This document shows, piece by piece, positions 29,957 through 40,045 of a stretch of DNA of 64,000 nt (position 1 is the stretch's first letter; each line of letters starts with the position of its first letter). Below the pieces are notes generated by a model. That model worked only from the letters and a program-made list of their open reading frames with translations, made no database searches and was not told where the DNA came from. The DNA is from a virus (Duplodnaviria > Caudoviricetes): positions 128,001 through 192,000 of IMG/VR virus record IMGVR_UViG_3300035498_000530; one strand, written 5' to 3'. The translations under genes and the position numbers were made by a program.

Positions 29957-31180
29957 TTATCTTCTACCTTCTATTATTTCTGGGTAGTTTACTACAAGTG
30001 TTCCTCTGTCACGATATGTAGCTTTTGCTGCAAGTTTATCTCTGAGAGCAAGATATTTATCATACATATTGAAGTATTTCTTCTTGCTGAATTCATCCAT
30101 CTTTTCACCCTCATTTTCAATGATTTCAGAAAGAATTGATATTCTTGTATTGATCTGTCTCATAAGCAGCATAGCTTCATCTTCATCTTCAACATTTCTC
30201 ATTCTCATAAAGAATTCATAATAGTCATTATCAAATGATTTTACACCATTATATTTAATTCCCATTATAGTTTTGCTAAGATTAGATTCAGTTATACACT
30301 TAAATTCGAGATATCCCTTTTTATATATAGTAGATTCCTGAACATTTTCATCCTGCTTATATGCATCAGGATCATCTTCTTCTACTTTCTTAAGTCTATT
30401 CATAACAGATGCCATAAGTCCTCTGTCATATTCAGAACCAGACATTCTTATAGCTTTATTAAGATGATGAATAGCTGGTATTCTATTTACACTAAGATCG
30501 GTGTAGATTCTAAGACACCATGAAAGTGTAATATAATCATTCTTAGCTGCTTTATTAAGAGTAGAATATTCAGTCTTGATCTTCTTTAATGCTGATTCAA
30601 GATCTTCACCATAACCACAAGCAAATACAAATTCATCTGCAGCTACTTCTTCATTTTCAAATATAGATGTAATCTTTCTTAAAGTATCTACAATACCAAA
30701 TTTAAGAAGCCAATCATATTCTCTTACTTTAGAAAGATTAAGACTAGTATGATTATCAATCTGATATCTATCTATAATCTTTCTAAGCTTCTTTATAGGA
30801 ACAGTATCATTTACAAGATGTCCTATCTCGTGGAGATACATAGCTAATACTTCTTTAGTTGTGAATCCGCCCATCTCTGGAGTCTTCTGGAATAACTTAG
30901 AATCAATCTCTATTCTATAATGAGATATTCTAATATCATTCTCGCCAACAATTATATCATATATTGTTTCTTTACCACCATATAACTCTGGATATACCCT
31001 CATACCAAAGAATGGTTTATCAGTATTCTTTGTATATATAATTTCTTTACAGGTACAATCTTTAAAGAATTGATTAGTTTCAGTTTTAAGTTTTGAAAGA
31101 GCCATATTCTTATTACTAGCACTTCTAAGAGCACTAAATATAGATTCAAACTTGCTAAAATCATAGTTTATTCTATGCAT
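29957..31180 (-). CDS. Zinc metallopeptidase-like virion protein (HExxH, M48-like)
   Basis: YLHEIGH; EEVAADEFVFACGYGEDLESALKK. Confidence 0.7.
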   Translation of the reverse strand: MHRINYDFSKFESIFSALRSASNKNMALSKLKTETNQFFKDCTCKEIIYTKNTDKPFFGMRVYPELYGGKETIYDIIVGENDIRISHYRIEIDSKLFQKTPEMGGFTTKEVLAMYLHEIGHLVNDTVPIKKLRKIIDRYQIDNHTSLNLSKVREYDWLLKFGIVDTLRKITSIFENEEVAADEFVFACGYGEDLESALKKIKTEYSTLNKAAKNDYITLSWCLRIYTDLSVNRIPAIHHLNKAIRMSGSEYDRGLMASVMNRLKKVEEDDPDAYKQDENVQESTIYKKGYLEFKCITESNLSKTIMGIKYNGVKSFDNDYYEFFMRMRNVEDEDEAMLLMRQINTRISILSEIIENEGEKMDEFSKKKYFNMYDKYLALRDKLAAKATYRDRGTLVVNYPEIIEGRR

Positions 31181-31214
31181 TTATCTATTCTCCCTTCTTA
31201 AAAAGTTTAAGAGA

Positions 31215-31242
31215 AGCCTATAGCCTAGAAAGGCTATAGGCT
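31215..31242 (-). terminator. Hairpin after major capsid gene (attenuating terminator)
   Basis: AGCCTATAGCCT/AGGCTATAGGCT, weak T tract. Confidence 0.6.
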
Positions 31243-31279
31243 ATATATTTAAAATTATTATTTAATAATAATCTATGTA

Positions 31280-33208
31280 TTAACCGTCAACTTCGTCATC
31301 AGCTACTACATCTTCCCAAGGTCTCTTAGGACCGCCTGTAGCAATTGCTGCTTCAACAGCTTTTCTTGTTGTTTCATCAAGGTTAGCTGTGTAGTCGTTC
31401 ATAGCTGGCTTACCAATAGGATCATCATTAACAAAGTCTTCTCTGTAGCCCATTGGGTTAAGAATTCTAAGACGACCCTGAACTGGCTGGTACTCTACAA
31501 ACTTCCAACGCTCAAATGCATGAATAGCTGGAAGAGCATAGTTAGCCATGTTTCTAATTTCATTAGAAACGTACATCTGATAATCATAGATTCTGTAGAT
31601 AATTCTCTCTGAATTTCTTGGGCAGAGGATGATTATCAAGTTGTTATCGTTTGTGAGCTTATCACTTGAGATGAACTGATATACTCTGTTGCCATCTGTT
31701 GTGATAGTTCTTGTGAAGTTAAGCTGAAGAGGTCCAATGTTGCTTGGTGAGCTATATACTGGATCTGTAGGCTTAATCTTTCTGATAAGGTCAGGACGAC
31801 CAATGATATTGATTGTCATGTTAGGATCTCTGATAACCTGAAGAAGGTAAGATACATGAGTATCAAGAGCATCCATGAATGTCTTGTATCTCCACTCTAC
31901 ATGGTCAAGAGCATAGCCTTCACGAGGTGCGAAGTCAAATGCCTTAGCGATCTTCTCTGAATCAGAAATAGTAAGGAAGCTCTCATCAAGATTTTCCTTA
32001 ATCTTATCATCCTTGTAGTTACCAAGAGTGATATTAAACAGACTCATAAGCTTAGTAAGCTGATTGATCTGATAAAGTGCACCAATATCCTTAACTTCTT
32101 CAGGAGATACTGGTGTATTGATTGGGATTGCTGGTGGGATCTCAACGAGATCTGTCTTTACTGACCAAGCAACCTGGCATGTCTTAAGCATAGCAGATGA
32201 GGTATCGATCTTAGCTGAGATCTTAACCATAGATACACCTGCAACTGTAACATCCTTTGTAGCACCTGAAACTGTGTTCTTTGTTACTGTAGAACCAGCT
32301 TCACCGATTGCTGCCATAATTGTAATCTTATTCTTCTTCATATAACCAGAAAGAATATCATGTACCTGAGTACCATCAGGGAATGTAACATCAACAGGTT
32401 CCATAAGCTGACGATCAATGTCACCATAACCCATTGTGAAGTTCTTCTTTACATTCTTCCAAACGATTACATCTGTTTCGCCGCCTGTAGCTACCTTATC
32501 TGTCTTAGTTGACTCATCATAGTAAAGGTCACCAGCTACAGCAGTCTTCTTAACACCAACTGCACTAATATATGTAGAGATGTCAAGGTTATCATCTGCA
32601 CCTGCACCCATAAGTTCGATTACATTAAGATCAACCTGAGGTGTAGCGAGAGAAACTGGAATATCAACATATGGAGCTGTAGAATCAATAAGATCCTTCA
32701 TCTTCAACTGATCTTTCCACATATCTACTTCTTCACCATTAGGACCAATGAGAGTTCTTGTCTCCATTGAGATAGTGAACTTAGGAGAAGTAGCTACAAA
32801 CTTAGGAATAGCCTTGTCAAAGATTGTGTCCATAAGAATTCTCTTATGAATAGGGAATGTCATACCAACAACTGGGTTATAAGCAGCCATTGGTGCATAT
32901 TCAAGTATAGCTTCCTTATCATTAAGGAACTGCTCGTGCATCATTTCAATATGATCATCAAGAGCTCTTGCGTCACCCATGAATGATTCTGGATCGCATG
33001 AGTTTTCAACAAAGAAGTTCTCCATTGCAGCAGATGCTGATTTCTGTCTTAAAGCTTTCTGTGGCTCAAGAAACATATCTACAGCATTTTCTGTAAGGAT
33101 ATTCTGAGCAAGATTTGAGAATGCCGCAGCATATTCTCTAATAGGATCATTTCTATATCCTTCGCCAATTCTGGCGTTCTTATTAGGTCTTTCACCAATA
33201 ATAGGCAT
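31280..33208 (-). CDS. Major capsid protein precursor
   Basis: Strong codon bias and elevated GC; late promoter; ILE-Y site near residue 103; size typical of jumbo phage MCP. Confidence 0.8.
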   Translation of the reverse strand: MPIIGERPNKNARIGEGYRNDPIREYAAAFSNLAQNILTENAVDMFLEPQKALRQKSASAAMENFFVENSCDPESFMGDARALDDHIEMMHEQFLNDKEAILEYAPMAAYNPVVGMTFPIHKRILMDTIFDKAIPKFVATSPKFTISMETRTLIGPNGEEVDMWKDQLKMKDLIDSTAPYVDIPVSLATPQVDLNVIELMGAGADDNLDISTYISAVGVKKTAVAGDLYYDESTKTDKVATGGETDVIVWKNVKKNFTMGYGDIDRQLMEPVDVTFPDGTQVHDILSGYMKKNKITIMAAIGEAGSTVTKNTVSGATKDVTVAGVSMVKISAKIDTSSAMLKTCQVAWSVKTDLVEIPPAIPINTPVSPEEVKDIGALYQINQLTKLMSLFNITLGNYKDDKIKENLDESFLTISDSEKIAKAFDFAPREGYALDHVEWRYKTFMDALDTHVSYLLQVIRDPNMTINIIGRPDLIRKIKPTDPVYSSPSNIGPLQLNFTRTITTDGNRVYQFISSDKLTNDNNLIIILCPRNSERIIYRIYDYQMYVSNEIRNMANYALPAIHAFERWKFVEYQPVQGRLRILNPMGYREDFVNDDPIGKPAMNDYTANLDETTRKAVEAAIATGGPKRPWEDVVADDEVDG

Positions 33209-33275
33209 ATTATTGCACTCCTTTCGAATTTATATTATCTATTTAATATTAAATAGCTCTATTATTCTGCTATTT

Positions 33276-33287
33276 TATTATATTGTT
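33276..33287 (-). promoter_or_regulatory. Late promoter of capsid gene
   Basis: AACA ATATAA TA. Confidence 0.7.
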
Positions 33288-33321
33288 AAGTTATTAATTC
33301 TAAGAATTAAGCTTTACAGAC

Positions 33322-33355
33322 AAAAAATAAAGCCTAGTAGAATTAACTACTAGGC
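33322..33355 (-). terminator. Intrinsic terminator
   Basis: GCCTAGTAG/CTACTAGGC plus T tract. Confidence 0.7.
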
Positions 33356-33362
33356 ATAAATA

Positions 33363-36300
33363 TTATTCATCTGGGGCTTCATCTTTATCTGTTTTTGTTT
33401 CTGGGTTTTCTTCGTCAGATTCAAAGGCAGCACCAAGCTCTTCAAGTATAGAATTTATACTATTCAATGCAGCTAAACATTCCTGATACGTAATAGTATT
33501 CTCTATAAATGTCTTATTATCAAAATTATGAAGCATATTATAACTAATAAGCTCTTTAAGTTCTGTTATCTTACGACTCAAGAAATCCAATACAGTTTGA
33601 GTATTACTATTTCTTGGAACTTTATTGATATCATCAGACAATCTAAGAACTGTTTCATATAAATCCATATAGTCTCTTTTGAGTCTATATTTCTTTTCCT
33701 TCATTTGTTCTGGATCTATGTCACTGAAAAGTTCTTTTTCTATATTCTTGATTTCGTCACTAAGACTTCCTTCTTCTCCCTCTTCACCGTCTTCAGGGAT
33801 TTCTCCTTCTGTATCATCTCCACCATCTGGATTTTCTTCATCAGAGTCTAATGGTTCGTCTCCACCACCAGTATCTCCTCCACCATCTCCAGTAGGAATT
33901 TCACCAGAAGTATCACCGCCAGTTTCATCAGAATCCAAAGGCTCATCACCTGCATCTCCTTCGTCACTATCAAGTGGTTCGTCTCCACCTTCATCTGAAT
34001 CTAATGACTCATTATCTCCACCGGCATCATCAGTTGGCTCATCCATAGGCTCGTCTCCAGCATCGTCTGTAGGTTCATCCATTGGTTCATCTGAACCACC
34101 ATCTGATGAACCACCTCCACCGGAACCTCCGGCTGTATAGCTACCATCTGGATCTGTTCCAAATCCATCATTAGTATCTTTATTAGCGTCATCAGCTACA
34201 GGATCATTATTCTTAACTTCTATTTCATTAAGAATATTATATTCCTCTTCTTTAGTAAAGAAGAATCCACCAGTTTCATGAGCATAATCAGAAGAATATT
34301 CAGATTTATCTTCTTCATCAGTACAATTATCGCAAGTCTTAAGCTGATCTAAATAATAAGATCTAAATGAATTATTAGTATCAGCAATTCTTAATATCTC
34401 ATCTGCACTTATATCAAATTTGTTTATAGCATCATATATATTCTCTGATGTAAATTTGATATTATCATTCTTTATGATATTAAAGTTCTTTATAGTATCT
34501 AAGACTCCTTCTTTGGAATCTAAAGACATAGTATTCGTATGAGGATCAGCATATTTATTTTCATTTATTCCATTCAATATATCTCTTTCTTGAGCTTTGG
34601 AGAAGAATAAACCCATGTGATCAACTCCTTCCTTTTTAACTTTAGAGTTCTTTTTAGAATCGATCTTCTTCTTAATAGGATCGTTTTCTACATTACTCTT
34701 AACTCTATCTTTTGCTATAGATAATCTATTCTTTGCTATATCTTTTCCTTTGGATACAGCATCTTTGATATTACTTACATTTCTTTCAATATTATCAAAT
34801 AGCTTTGGTCTACTTTCATTATTATCTTCAGTAGATTCATTCACATTTTCATTATCTATATTTATCATTTTATATCTCCTTGAACCGATACCAAGTTTGT
34901 GAGCATATTCTAATATATGAGTGCCATTACGAGTTTCTATTCTTTCTATTACATCTTTACCGTCTTCGGCAGAATATACCAAATCAACACAAGCTTGATC
35001 TAATGCTACTGGATCTAAAGATGCAAGAATTCCTATATCTTTCATCGTAGGTTCCTCTGGATGAGAACTGCAATCACAATCTACCGACATATTATTCATT
35101 ACATTTATAAATAATATTCTTCCTTCTTTAGCTGAGCATACTGATTGGGCAGCTTCAGCCATAGATTCTAAGAAAGGTATTTGTTCTCCACCTTTCCAAG
35201 TTCTTTTACTTCTTCCTGCAGTATGTATTAATCTCTTTCCTACTTGGGAAGCAAATCCGATAGAGATATTTTTCAATGCTCCACCGAATCCTCCCATAGC
35301 ATGTCCTTTAAAGTGAGATAATATAAGGAATGAATCATAAGACTGAAATGTTTCTCCAACAAAGTTTTCAGTAAGATGATTTCCTCCTGTTACAGGTAAA
35401 GATATTTGACCATCTGAATCCATAATATCGACGTCAGCAATATCTAAGAATCCATGATCTTGTATTACTTTTATATGCTCTTGTGTAGTATTTCGTTTTC
35501 CTTCGTAGGCAGTATTGCATTCGCATATTATACCATTGACTTCATCTACAACAAGTTTAATTAATTCTGGTTTCAAATAATTATTATTACCAGCTTCTCC
35601 AGTAGATAACTTAACACCTACTCTACCAGATATACATCCATTGTTAGATATCTTAAATATCTTTAATAGTGATTCTGGAGAAATATTTGATGTAAAGTAT
35701 ACTACCGAATCATCAAATCCAGAATTAGGAATATTTCTTACTGATGATAATCTTTCATAATAGGAGTCATCCTTAGGAAACTTATCATCAAAACTTTCTT
35801 TTATAGCTTTAGGCCCTTTCCAATACCTCTTAAAATCATTCTTTTCTCCAACATGAATATCAAGTTGTTCTTCTTTATCAAAGTAGTATTCTATTTTCTT
35901 TATGATATTATTAGCTAATTCTTTTCTATCTTCTTCGTCGCAATAGTTAAAGAATCTTATAGCTTGTAATACATGTTCTTTATCATTCAAAGGATACTTT
36001 CTCTTCTTAGGAAGACCAAATTCTTTATCTGATAATCCTTTACGATCTTTAGAAGATAAAGCTTCTTCATTTATAGTTCCATAACTCATAAATATCATAG
36101 TATCTGTTTGATCATATTCCTTCCATCCAGTTTTGTTATATAAATTTATAGCAGGAGTATTATTCTTTCTTACAGATAATTTTATAGTTTTTAGATCATT
36201 AATTGCTATCTGAAGTAACTTTGTTCCTATTCCTTTGTGTTTCATATTATCAGCTACTTCTAAAGCTTGAATCCAAATACCATCACTTTTCTTTTCTGTA

Positions 36301-37106
36301 TTGATTAATCCAACAAATTCATTATTAGAATTTATATATAAATACCCTTTAGTATTGGAATTTACTCTAATATGCCTAAGCATTTTGAATTTGCTTTTAT
36401 AGATATCAATAGTTTTTTCATCAAGATTAAGTCTTTTAAAATCATTAATATTACTAGATTCATAAATTGAGTCTTCTGGAACACATGGCAAATCATTATT
36501 AAAAATAGCGTTAGGTTCTATATTACTCTTTGGTTTTCCGAATAGATTTCTATTACTTATTCTTTTTTCCATATAAGTCATATATTCTGCTCCATTCATA
36601 CCATACAATTTATTATCTAATGCATTATATTCTATTAAGAAGCTTTTAGTAATCCTACTTCCAGCATCCTTATTTAAATTGTATATGATGTAATTTAAAG
36701 CATCTTTTTCTGTATTGAATTCATATACTCCTCGTTTAGGTTTCCAAGAAGATTCAAACCAATAAAATTTATTACCATACTTGAATACAATGAATGTATG
36801 TGTTGGTGTACTACCATCAGTATCTACTCCAATATGATAATATGATTTAAACTTTATATCTGGAAAATTTCTTTTAAAGTAATATGCTTCATATGTTACA
36901 TAATCCCAACATACTCCTCCTTTATATTTATTAAACTCCTGAGGACTAAGCATTCTATAATAATTATCAAAATCTTCACGTTTAATTTCAATAATAGGAT
37001 TACCATTATTAGGAATTATATATTCATACATATTTAACTCTTGGTTAAATCTTATGATTTCTTCTAGGCTAGTTTTACTATTAGCCTCATTAAAAAATAT
37101 ACCCAT
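33363..37106 (-). CDS. Polyprotein: transglutaminase/papain-like, GNAT, DUF6582-like and DUF362 domains plus acidic scaffold-like C-terminus
   Basis: GGVCWDY/THTF/WFESSW; KHKGIGTKLL/NTPAINLYNKTGW; EFGLPKKRKYPLNDKEHV; VKLSTGE/HFKGHAMGGFGGALKN/DIGILASLDPVALDQAC. Confidence 0.8.
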   Translation of the reverse strand: MGIFFNEANSKTSLEEIIRFNQELNMYEYIIPNNGNPIIEIKREDFDNYYRMLSPQEFNKYKGGVCWDYVTYEAYYFKRNFPDIKFKSYYHIGVDTDGSTPTHTFIVFKYGNKFYWFESSWKPKRGVYEFNTEKDALNYIIYNLNKDAGSRITKSFLIEYNALDNKLYGMNGAEYMTYMEKRISNRNLFGKPKSNIEPNAIFNNDLPCVPEDSIYESSNINDFKRLNLDEKTIDIYKSKFKMLRHIRVNSNTKGYLYINSNNEFVGLINTEKKSDGIWIQALEVADNMKHKGIGTKLLQIAINDLKTIKLSVRKNNTPAINLYNKTGWKEYDQTDTMIFMSYGTINEEALSSKDRKGLSDKEFGLPKKRKYPLNDKEHVLQAIRFFNYCDEEDRKELANNIIKKIEYYFDKEEQLDIHVGEKNDFKRYWKGPKAIKESFDDKFPKDDSYYERLSSVRNIPNSGFDDSVVYFTSNISPESLLKIFKISNNGCISGRVGVKLSTGEAGNNNYLKPELIKLVVDEVNGIICECNTAYEGKRNTTQEHIKVIQDHGFLDIADVDIMDSDGQISLPVTGGNHLTENFVGETFQSYDSFLILSHFKGHAMGGFGGALKNISIGFASQVGKRLIHTAGRSKRTWKGGEQIPFLESMAEAAQSVCSAKEGRILFINVMNNMSVDCDCSSHPEEPTMKDIGILASLDPVALDQACVDLVYSAEDGKDVIERIETRNGTHILEYAHKLGIGSRRYKMINIDNENVNESTEDNNESRPKLFDNIERNVSNIKDAVSKGKDIAKNRLSIAKDRVKSNVENDPIKKKIDSKKNSKVKKEGVDHMGLFFSKAQERDILNGINENKYADPHTNTMSLDSKEGVLDTIKNFNIIKNDNIKFTSENIYDAINKFDISADEILRIADTNNSFRSYYLDQLKTCDNCTDEEDKSEYSSDYAHETGGFFFTKEEEYNILNEIEVKNNDPVADDANKDTNDGFGTDPDGSYTAGGSGGGGSSDGGSDEPMDEPTDDAGDEPMDEPTDDAGGDNESLDSDEGGDEPLDSDEGDAGDEPLDSDETGGDTSGEIPTGDGGGDTGGGDEPLDSDEENPDGGDDTEGEIPEDGEEGEEGSLSDEIKNIEKELFSDIDPEQMKEKKYRLKRDYMDLYETVLRLSDDINKVPRNSNTQTVLDFLSRKITELKELISYNMLHNFDNKTFIENTITYQECLAALNSINSILEELGAAFESDEENPETKTDKDEAPDE
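33820..34100 (-). repeat. Coding tandem repeats (DEPMDEPTDDAG x2; GDE(P/S)LDSDE-like x4)
   Basis: Seen in translation. Confidence 0.8.
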
Positions 37107-37146
37107 ATTATTTCCTCCTTAAATATATTTAGAGTATAATATGTAA

Positions 37147-39513
37147 TTAATTTTTCATTGTGGTAGTTTGTTTTCCTAAGTCTGCTGTTCTTGTTGCTGC
37201 AGACTGGCCCCATTCTACTTTCATCTTATATCTTATTCTCTGATGCTGTCTTTGTAATGCTCTTTGAGTCATATACAAATTCTTTAAAGCTTTCATATCA
37301 TCTTTATCTTCAGCCATTTTAATCTGCTTTTCACAAAGATTTAATTCTACTTCAATTTCATCTAAAATAAGCTGTCTTTCTTTTGCTTGAGATGTTTTAG
37401 CACAAGCAATAGCACCAATAACACCTACAACAGCAATTACTGGATTTACTAACCATGCTGCACCTGTTGCTAATCCCCAATGGATAACTTTAGATGCACT
37501 AGGAATCAATTGTCCTTTAATAACCGCTTCTCTATTTCCTTTCTGCATTGCACGTTCTGCAGAAGAAATAACTGTATTTACTGAAGCATCCACTTGTCTT
37601 GATAATATTTTATCTTTATCAGCAAGACTCTGTATTCCTCGCTTGAGATTCTCAGAAGCAAGTTTAAGAGAGTTAGTAATACTAAGTTCATTTACATAAG
37701 TAGTATTAGTAATATTCTCTATTACATTATATCTCAAGTCAAGATCATTTATAACAGATTCTGTTGTACAAGAACAAGTACTCTTTTTATTACATTTACT
37801 ATGTTCCAAGTCCCAGATACAAGTATTTAATACACTCTTTGAATAGAAATCTGTACTTTCTGCATCTTTCAATTCTTTAAGTCTACTAGAGAATACTTTA
37901 TTCAATGATTCCGGATTGATTATCTCTGGTTTATTTATAGATATAGTAGTAAGAACTTCTGCTACATTATTACCAAAACCAGTAGATATTTTTGATGCTT
38001 GATTTGCTAAAGTTATATCAATAAAATTATCATCAAGATCTATCATTCTATTGATACTTTCTTCTATACATAATACAGACTTAAGATGCTCTATTAATGA
38101 TTCATCTAAGTCTTCATCATCGTCATCATCCACAAGATTAAGATTATAATCATAATCTTCAAATTTATATACAGCATCTTCAAGAGACTTCTTATATTCT
38201 TCTGCTCTCTTGATAGCTTTTTCATCACTTAATTTATCTATCTTCTTTTCTACTTTTTCTATTTCTTTATTATATTCAGATATCAGCTTCTTCATCTGCT
38301 TACGCTCCAAGGTAAGCTTCAATGTGAAATCTGCACATAATGCTATGAATCCTGGAATAAGACCAAAAGAAAAAGCACCAATTATCATCAATCCTCTGAG
38401 AAGACCAAGAAAATTTGGAATACCATCAATAATATCCTGAGGGTCTTTGGTATATATCTTATATATAAGAGACTTCATAGCTGCCGGAGTCTTCTTGGGA
38501 AGCATCTTGAATTCATCAATAAGCTTATCTACACTATTACCTATCTTGGCTTTCATATCGTCATTCTCAAGTATAGAATTAATGAAATTATCACTAAGAT
38601 CTGTAATACCATAACTCATAAGCTCATTAATAGCATCATTAGAAGTATTATATTCTGACTCGAAGATATACAAACTATTTATTTCTTTATCATCATATCC
38701 ATTTACTTTAGACAAAGTAGTTTTAAGATCTTTGATATGATTTTCAGTAAGAGTTTCAGGACTCAGCATAAAATAATCTGTAACAGTTTCAAGTATAGTT
38801 TTTCTATCACAATGTATAGCATTCTTATACAATGTATACTGTATATTCTCCAAAGCAACTTTATACTTAACCCCATAAGGAATATCATAAGTATCAATAA
38901 AGTTACATAAAGTAAATATAGTATCCTTAACATCATAAGAATTTTCCTGCACATACTGATTGAATGAGAATCTCTTATTAAGCTTCTTCTGATTAGAGAT
39001 AACTGTACATATAGCTTCACTTATACTACAAGTATCAAGAATCTTATCAAAGCATTTTTCAATAGATTCACTCTGAGGTTTAGGTTTATTGTTTGATGGT
39101 TGTGGTTGACCAAGGGTTTTAGATGCTGCTGTTTTAGCTTTAGTAATTTCAGCTTTTACTGCAGTACCAATCTTATGTCTATTCATCTGGTCAGTACTCT
39201 TTCCGTTACGAACTTTCTTCGTAGACGGAACAATTTCTTTAGATATTTTGTTTTCAACTTCTTCACACAGATATCTACAAGCTTCTTCTATTCTGTAGAT
39301 ATTTTGAGACTCTTGATTACAAATTTCAATGAATGCATGGACCTGTTCTTGAATCATTGCATTTTTGTTCTTGATCAGATTCAAATAATTAAAATAATTA
39401 TACTGTGGTATGTCTGCTACAGATAAAAAATTTGAATTATTTGTAGCTGATTCTGTTACCATATTGGGTAATGATAATTCTTTTGATAATACGTCTTTCA
39501 TGTTAATTAGCAT
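37147..39513 (-). CDS. Large putative internal virion protein
   Basis: Multiple x-X-E sites; two hydrophobic hairpins each followed by coiled coil; AACT TAATAG TA upstream. Confidence 0.55.
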   Translation of the reverse strand: MLINMKDVLSKELSLPNMVTESATNNSNFLSVADIPQYNYFNYLNLIKNKNAMIQEQVHAFIEICNQESQNIYRIEEACRYLCEEVENKISKEIVPSTKKVRNGKSTDQMNRHKIGTAVKAEITKAKTAASKTLGQPQPSNNKPKPQSESIEKCFDKILDTCSISEAICTVISNQKKLNKRFSFNQYVQENSYDVKDTIFTLCNFIDTYDIPYGVKYKVALENIQYTLYKNAIHCDRKTILETVTDYFMLSPETLTENHIKDLKTTLSKVNGYDDKEINSLYIFESEYNTSNDAINELMSYGITDLSDNFINSILENDDMKAKIGNSVDKLIDEFKMLPKKTPAAMKSLIYKIYTKDPQDIIDGIPNFLGLLRGLMIIGAFSFGLIPGFIALCADFTLKLTLERKQMKKLISEYNKEIEKVEKKIDKLSDEKAIKRAEEYKKSLEDAVYKFEDYDYNLNLVDDDDDEDLDESLIEHLKSVLCIEESINRMIDLDDNFIDITLANQASKISTGFGNNVAEVLTTISINKPEIINPESLNKVFSSRLKELKDAESTDFYSKSVLNTCIWDLEHSKCNKKSTCSCTTESVINDLDLRYNVIENITNTTYVNELSITNSLKLASENLKRGIQSLADKDKILSRQVDASVNTVISSAERAMQKGNREAVIKGQLIPSASKVIHWGLATGAAWLVNPVIAVVGVIGAIACAKTSQAKERQLILDEIEVELNLCEKQIKMAEDKDDMKALKNLYMTQRALQRQHQRIRYKMKVEWGQSAATRTADLGKQTTTMKN

Positions 39514-39571
39514 CAGGATCCACCCTTCCTTTATAATAATTTACTATTAAGTTAACCTTAAAATGTTTAGA

Positions 39572-39588
39572 TACATATTATAATAATG
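39572..39588 (+). promoter_or_regulatory. Early-type promoter motif
   Basis: TACATATTATAATAATG. Confidence 0.5.
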
Positions 39589-39629
39589 ATATAGATATAT
39601 CAATATATAATACAAGGGAGGAACCAAAG

Positions 39630-40001
39630 ATGCTTAGTGAAAGCAAAAAGAAACTTCATATGGCTATAAAGGTAGCCACAGTAAAGGCATACAAACTTCT
39701 TGAAAAGGAGATTGGTGAAAATGAATTAGCAATCGAATTGTTAAGACATAAAGAAAGGGATTCTTTAATAGATCTTGATCGTATAATCAAGAATGTTAAA
39801 GCTCCAGAGTACAATAATAATGAAAAGACAATGAGTCTTCTTTATTATAGTATAAATGATACTTTAGATAGAGGATTTACATCTTTTTACAAATGTGCAT
39901 CAGAAGATAAGACATATGGTAAAAATGTAAATGTAGATAATTGTAGACTTATAATTGATAAGTATGTTTCTACAGTAAAATCACTTGTCTATAACTATTG
40001 A
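39630..40001 (+). CDS. Hypothetical early protein
   Basis: GGGAGG RBS, own promoter and terminator. Confidence 0.75.
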   Translation: MLSESKKKLHMAIKVATVKAYKLLEKEIGENELAIELLRHKERDSLIDLDRIIKNVKAPEYNNNEKTMSLLYYSINDTLDRGFTSFYKCASEDKTYGKNVNVDNCRLIIDKYVSTVKSLVYNY

Positions 40002-40044
40002 AAAGAGATAACCGATGGATTTTACTCCATCGGTTTTATTTTTT
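40002..40044. terminator. Bidirectional terminator
   Basis: AACCGATGGA/TCCATCGGTT. Confidence 0.7.
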
Positions 40045-40045
40045 G

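Noticed and set aside
33679-34140. 153-aa Ser/Pro-rich plus-strand ORF
   Set aside because: Antisense shadow of the Asp/Glu/Gly repeats, no RBS
37128-37145. Promoter class of the polyprotein gene
   Set aside because: TACATATTATAC fits neither class cleanly; the gene may be co-transcribed from the upstream late promoter
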